From NCBI GenBank assembly GCA_000092065.1, contig CP000581.1: a stretch of 64,000 bases of DNA; one strand, 5' to 3'. Under the pieces are notes generated by a model, which did no database searches, was not told the DNA's origin, and saw only the letters and a list, made by a program, of their open reading frames with translations. The stretch is from Ostreococcus lucimarinus. Lineage: Eukaryota. Positions 60,901 through 64,000 of the stretch are shown here, piece after piece. The position numbers were made by a program, and so were the translations under genes. Position 1 is the first letter of the stretch; every line of letters begins with the position of its first letter.

Positions 60901-62148
60901 GACGCGCAAACAAGACACCATGAAATCGCGCAATAGCGTCGCCTCTGCAGCTCCAAGATCACTACCGAAGAATGCTTTCGCGAAACGCTCAAGCGTCGAG
61001 CGTGGGCAGTACATGACGCTTGCAAACACTTGTGCGAAATCCCAAAGCGTGAGCAGCTCTGCCTGCAGATGTGGGCCGATGTGCGAATACTCGGGAAGAA
61101 TCGGCGACGCGGGCGGCGGAGGCTCTAGTCTCGGCACTCGAGGCTTGCTTTCCGATTCCTTCTCGGCCTTCTTCTCAGCCCTCAACTTTTCGCGCCTGGC
61201 GCGATCACGCTCTAGTCGCGATGCCTTCGTCGCGGAACCCAGCTGGTGTTTCTCTGTCGTCCACGTTTGCAAAGCTGTCAAAAATTGCGGCGCCGGGACG
61301 TCGGCTTCTTCGCTCGCCGTCGGCGGTCGCAGCGCTTTACATCTCACCAAAGTCTCGATTTGAGACACGATGAAGAATCCATCACCAACGATGTCCGCGT
61401 GCGTGTACTTGTACGCGCTGGTATCCTTCGATTCGCGTATCTCCTCTTCCGTGCACCCGTTCAACGCGGCTTCCTTTTGCGCCTCCGCCGTGGTATCGCC
61501 CAACATCTTCGCCGCCTTCGTCGGCGTTTTCACCGCCACCGGTACATCATGCGCCACGACGGGCACACCAAGAATGATATCTAAGCCTTCCTCCAGCGAC
61601 AATTCCCAGTTCTTCACCAATGCTCGAACGATCGCGTTGGTGAAGTTTGCGCGACGCGTCGTAACTGTCACGTACTTTTCAAACCTCGGAGCCGGGTTCA
61701 ACAGCTTGTACCACGCCCGCGGCGTCACGAGCCACAACTCGGGCTCGTCTCCACCGTACTTAATCGTCCAATCGTGCACCTCCATGAGCTTTAACGCGTG
61801 CGGAGGTTTGTCCTGCGGCGTCAACGGCGCCGCCAAGACCTCGCTCGGCAACCCGTGCTCGCCGCCCTCCAACTTCCTCGCTCTTCCCAGCACGAGCACC
61901 CGGTTCGGTCTCGACCCGTGCACGCTCACCGCTTTACCCTCCGCGAACTTATCCCTGAATTCGTACTCATCCAGCACGCGCATCGGCAGCGTCTGTCCCT
62001 CGACCTCGGACGGCGCCGTCGCGTCCCTCGCCGCCGCCGCCGCCTCCGCCGCCGCGCCGTCGCCCTCGTCGCCCTCGCGCGTCGCTCCGCGCGTCGTATC
62101 GCGCGCGACGGCGTCCTCGTCGTCGACGTCCGCGCCCGCCGTCGCCAT
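57940..62148 (-). CDS. Large chromatin-associated protein with DDT domain, a Tudor/BAH-like beta-barrel region and a C-terminal ARID DNA-binding domain; acidic tail
   Basis: DDT-like LQAELLTLWDFAQVFASVMYCPRSTLERFAKAF. ARID: ..FDKFRAEAFAGGVIPQAPIFCGAQMNLHRVFIEAMHLGGYEQVTRCKFWKVVARTLG....SASFAMRKYYEKCLFPLEKY. The poly-D/E tail ends ..DDPSDSGESDSDFKGR. Start set at the ATG at 62146-62148. The ORF-tool N-terminal extension (to 63063) is Arg-rich and antisense to the FIST gene. Confidence 0.65.
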   Translation of the reverse strand: MATAGADVDDEDAVARDTTRGATREGDEGDGAAAEAAAAARDATAPSEVEGQTLPMRVLDEYEFRDKFAEGKAVSVHGSRPNRVLVLGRARKLEGGEHGLPSEVLAAPLTPQDKPPHALKLMEVHDWTIKYGGDEPELWLVTPRAWYKLLNPAPRFEKYVTVTTRRANFTNAIVRALVKNWELSLEEGLDIILGVPVVAHDVPVAVKTPTKAAKMLGDTTAEAQKEAALNGCTEEEIRESKDTSAYKYTHADIVGDGFFIVSQIETLVRCKALRPPTASEEADVPAPQFLTALQTWTTEKHQLGSATKASRLERDRARREKLRAEKKAEKESESKPRVPRLEPPPPASPILPEYSHIGPHLQAELLTLWDFAQVFASVMYCPRSTLERFAKAFFGSDLGAAEATLLRDFMVSCLRVTEGRIDSIDQETIRSAPTRARWWDAPVLGLNDIGELDWQDRANNLIVEFQMGVNARMRKPALEAVAKLDKGEVLESFSPVHRIALAVALSSIALESETIREYFTEIYDDVRARRRTGDFHSNPPTLATEVPKPTEEKKKETSKEINVKDENPEVVDDADESVSMEVDETDASEELVKPPTLADYRREQLMKWKSEAVERAVISRGKPVAVDEQGRRYFALGGTNNAGRLFVETAPLGWYDGDEDAASSQVIDGVEYPKQPMAGPPVEDAPFSEDAANTPDCRRNVSGLVECASRWGVYTPGTVEYDALSYWCNPKYDNERYITKLHRLMSHAVDGDADAPELSDDDRRKKVEILSETLAMDGYANLDDVALGSVDDAKLTSRLFNAVKFILHSAPFWRTGDMRWIDRFIRTCTHFESALNASEQSLVRLLKVLPGIEIVCAQAGLMDDVAWPDAKPTWLAQLRYYVFGPRTEAELEGTTAAPEVSEPIPGINDILAAPELLDPLPPLTVRRAANLVNQFLRFLVQDPQRMSQGAFQMCTGVSHGVGAINTGEVVAVIKRGLVKTYNRYVDKKSRPRNWIDVNTLRPVERCVVLGTAYRGSEAPRRNAASDGDTPPCAWLMCLLLDDPELSQFPSTRRQSADAEQADAKEAKDERRLIIAPLYAGGDIAEYVLPWSKYQEVDEKPWDGGSRIIMHFEGVDAENEARGIVSVDGCVYYLGRVRKVRSSPDRWETVMVVFDSDPEDYMWVSPWEIIAAPEKYHDPVHEGPAPVDHERELSPEDMTLIAQCKAIARRLGWPSGDHRRDFDKFRAEAFAGGVIPQAPIFCGAQMNLHRVFIEAMHLGGYEQVTRCKFWKVVARTLGRDLSTQTSASFAMRKYYEKCLFPLEKYLTSAEMIENLGIVIDASTDPMDRFPASRPATDFDDDDDRVDDGDDDDDMDDEDDADGMDVVDKKKKEEDADDYKISDDDFDEDDPSDSGESDSDFKGR

Positions 62149-62616
62149 CGCGCGCGCGCGTCGCGCGCCGTCACCCGCCCGTCGTCGGTCGGTGCGGTGC
62201 GTTGAAGATCCGCGACCGCCGCCGCGCCGCCGCGCGCGCGCGATTCGCGTCGCGTCGCGCGCGTCGCGTCCGCGCCGGCGATTCGCGTCGCGCGTCGCGC
62301 CGCGTCGCGCCGCGTCGCCGTGCGCGCGCGGGTGTGCGCGCGCGTCGTCACATCTCGACTCGTCCCGTCGATGACGCCGCGACGCCGCGTCGCGCGCGCG
62401 CTCGCGGACGCGCTCGCGGACGCGCGCGCGCGCGCGTCGCCCGCGCTCGAGCGCGCGGACGCCGCGCCGTCGCCGCGCGCGCGCGCGTCGCCGCGCGCGA
62501 CGACGACCGGTCGACGCTTCGCGACGGCGGCGCGAGACGACGGCGACGACGACGACCGGGCGCGGGCGACGACGGCGCGGACGACGGGAACGCCGTCGTA
62601 CGCGTTCGCGTCGGCG

Positions 62617-63783
62617 ATGTCGCGCGCGACGTCGCTCGAGGACGCGGTGCGAGCGTGCGCGCGAGACGTCGCGCGAGGGCTCGGTCGAGGTCGGGACGCG
62701 ACGTGGGCGCAGTTGTTCGTCTGCGGTGACTACGACGAGGACGCGGTCGCGCGCGCGGGCAAGCTGACGCGTGAATTGCTCGGTGGAACGTCGGTGTCGC
62801 TCGTGGGAGCGGTGGTGCGAGGAGGGGTGGGCGCGGAGGGGATGACGGAGTCGGGCGTGGCGTTGACGGCGGCGGCGATGCCGGGGACGACGACGGCGAC
62901 GTTTCGAGCGACGAAATCGGCGCTTCCGGCGATCGACGACGGGAGCGCGTGCTCGTGGGTTGATTTGGCGAAGAGTTGCGAGAACGAGGGCGAGACCGTG
63001 GGGGTGACGGTGTTCGCGGATGCGTCGTTCGAGCACGTGGGCGAGCTGCTGACGCGCTTGCACGTGGCGATGCCGAACAGCGTCGCGCTAGGAGGGGTCG
63101 TGGACGAGGGGAGTCTCATGTTTTTGAACGATGACGTCGTGCGACGAGGAGCTGTCGCTTTGCTCATTCGTGGTGAGTTCGAATTGGACACGCACGTCGC
63201 GCACGGCGCGCGACCGGTGGGACCCGTGATGTCGTTGACTCACGCGCACGACAACGCGGTGTTGGAGCTCGACGATTCGCCCGCACATCCGCTGCTGTTG
63301 GAAACCCTCGAGCAGTTGCCAGAGAACTCTAAATCGCTGCCCGTCATGCTCGGACTCGGGGTGAGTGGCTCTAAAGGTCCGTTCGTGTGCCGCGATATTT
63401 TATCCGTGGGCGAAACCGGGGGCGTGGAAGTCGCGTCGATGGCTTTGCAAGAGGGCGACGTCGTACAATTACACGTGCGCGACGGGAACTGGGCGAAAGA
63501 GCACGCGAATCGCGTGATTGAAAAGTGTGCCGATAGTGCGAAAAAAGTGAGTAGTGAGGAGTTGGGGTCAGAGAACTCGACAGGTGCCATGATATTCGCG
63601 TGTGGCAACGGCAACCGAATGCACGCCAGCAATTTTCGCGAACGCGTTCCGGGGACGCCCCTCGGCGGCGCGTTCTTGCGCAGCGAAATCGCGCCCCTTG
63701 CAAAAGGTCGTGCGAGTAACGTGCTGTCACACACGAGCACGATAGGAATTTACCGTAAACGTAAGAAATCGGTGTCGATGTAA
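62617..63783 (+). CDS. FIST-domain (FIST_N + FIST_C) protein
   Basis: Two-lobed FIST-like pattern ending ..GAMIFACGNGNRMHASNFRE.....PLGGAFLRSEIAP. Start taken at the ATG at 62617. An upstream in-frame ATG at 62371 would add an Ala/Arg-rich presequence. Confidence 0.55.
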   Translation: MSRATSLEDAVRACARDVARGLGRGRDATWAQLFVCGDYDEDAVARAGKLTRELLGGTSVSLVGAVVRGGVGAEGMTESGVALTAAAMPGTTTATFRATKSALPAIDDGSACSWVDLAKSCENEGETVGVTVFADASFEHVGELLTRLHVAMPNSVALGGVVDEGSLMFLNDDVVRRGAVALLIRGEFELDTHVAHGARPVGPVMSLTHAHDNAVLELDDSPAHPLLLETLEQLPENSKSLPVMLGLGVSGSKGPFVCRDILSVGETGGVEVASMALQEGDVVQLHVRDGNWAKEHANRVIEKCADSAKKVSSEELGSENSTGAMIFACGNGNRMHASNFRERVPGTPLGGAFLRSEIAPLAKGRASNVLSHTSTIGIYRKRKKSVSM

Positions 63784-63806
63784 CGCGCGCTCTATGTATA
63801 TTAAAT

Positions 63807-63954
63807 TCAATCTCGATCAGAAACTTGCGCGTCGACGTCGATAGTATCTCCCGCTGAGCCACCCCCGTAGCTTTTACGACCACCACCCTGCTGACCACCC
63901 TGCTGAGCGCCGCCCATGCCGCCCATGTCGCCCATGCCGCCCATACCGCCCATA

Positions 63955-63986
<32 letters not shown>

Positions 63987-64000
63987 TCGAGCGTTCATCT
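63807..64000 (-). CDS. 3' end of a gene running off the window: probable DnaK/Hsp70-type chaperone C-terminus with (GGM)n repeat
   Basis: ..GGMGGMGGMGGMGGMGGMGDMGGMGG...GDTIDVDAQVSDRD* resembles the Gly/Met-rich linker and short acidic tail of organellar Hsp70s (..DVIDADFTD..). The upstream part lies outside the window. Confidence 0.3.
63898..63990. repeat. 9-bp tandem repeat (catgccgcc)n, encoding (GGM)n on the minus strand
   Basis: Ten near-perfect copies are directly visible at the window end. Confidence 0.85.

Noticed and set aside
63807-63998. (GGM)n repeat interpreted as a GroEL/Cpn60 C-terminus
   Set aside because: In GroEL the GGM repeat is the extreme C-terminus. Here it is followed by about 35 more residues ending ..IDVDAQVSDRD, which fits an Hsp70-type tail better. 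Left as a low-confidence partial feature.
1-64000. Prokaryotic or organellar interpretation (operons, CRISPR, mobile elements)
   Set aside because: Gene content is eukaryote-specific: nucleoporins, CSN2, SAC3, TM9SF, RPC4, mL53. Two GT-AG spliceosomal introns are present. Nuclear-encoded organelle proteins carry presequences. No CRISPR-like direct repeats, IS/transposase ORFs, rRNA or obvious tRNA cloverleafs were seen.

Overview
This 64-kb window is very GC-rich (about 65%, with 'cgcg'-dominated intergenic DNA) and packed with protein-coding genes. It appears to be nuclear DNA of a compact-genome green alga, with Mamiellophyceae-like organisation (Micromonas/Ostreococcus-type); that attribution is inference from gene content and architecture. 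I can support about 40 protein-coding genes, roughly one per 1.6 kb. Intergenic spacers are often under 300 bp, and several convergent gene pairs lie only 22-70 bp apart. Almost all genes are intronless. Two short GT-AG introns were found by homology, in COP9 signalosome subunit 2 (CSN2) and CTP synthase.

Recognisable products include:
- TM9SF nonaspanin, CSN2, a RING-CH membrane E3-like protein, mitochondrial ribosomal protein mL53
- RNA Pol III subunit RPC4, uroporphyrinogen decarboxylase, a TcdA-type tRNA ct6A dehydratase
- K+-dependent H+-pyrophosphatase, SDHAF2, a rhodanese, an ADPRM-like metallophosphoesterase
- a SAC3/GANP TREX-2 scaffold with FG repeats, a PinX1-like G-patch protein, a TFIIS-like protein
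- two mitochondrial carriers, an Xaa-Pro aminopeptidase, a Tim17-family protein with SAM domain
- a TPR-DnaJ co-chaperone, CTP synthase, a multi-IPT/TIG secreted protein
- a NUP98 GLFG nucleoporin carrying embedded CCCH and CCHC zinc fingers
- ascorbate peroxidase, an SDR, an SGT1/HPAT-family peptidyl-Ser/Hyp glycosyltransferase with a ShK domain
- a YrdC/Sua5 t6A enzyme, a large ARID+DDT chromatin protein, a FIST-domain protein
- a partial Hsp70-like C-terminus at the window edge

The extreme GC3 codon bias produces many long, Arg/Ala-rich spurious ORFs antisense to real genes. These dominate the supplied ORF track and were rejected. The track also reports GTG/TTG codons as 'M', so starts were re-checked against the DNA where possible. 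No rRNA, tRNA, CRISPR or transposon-like features were recognised. The window looks like ordinary core nuclear DNA rather than an accessory island. The most interesting items are unusual domain architectures, extreme gene packing, and repeat-rich promoter and coding segments.
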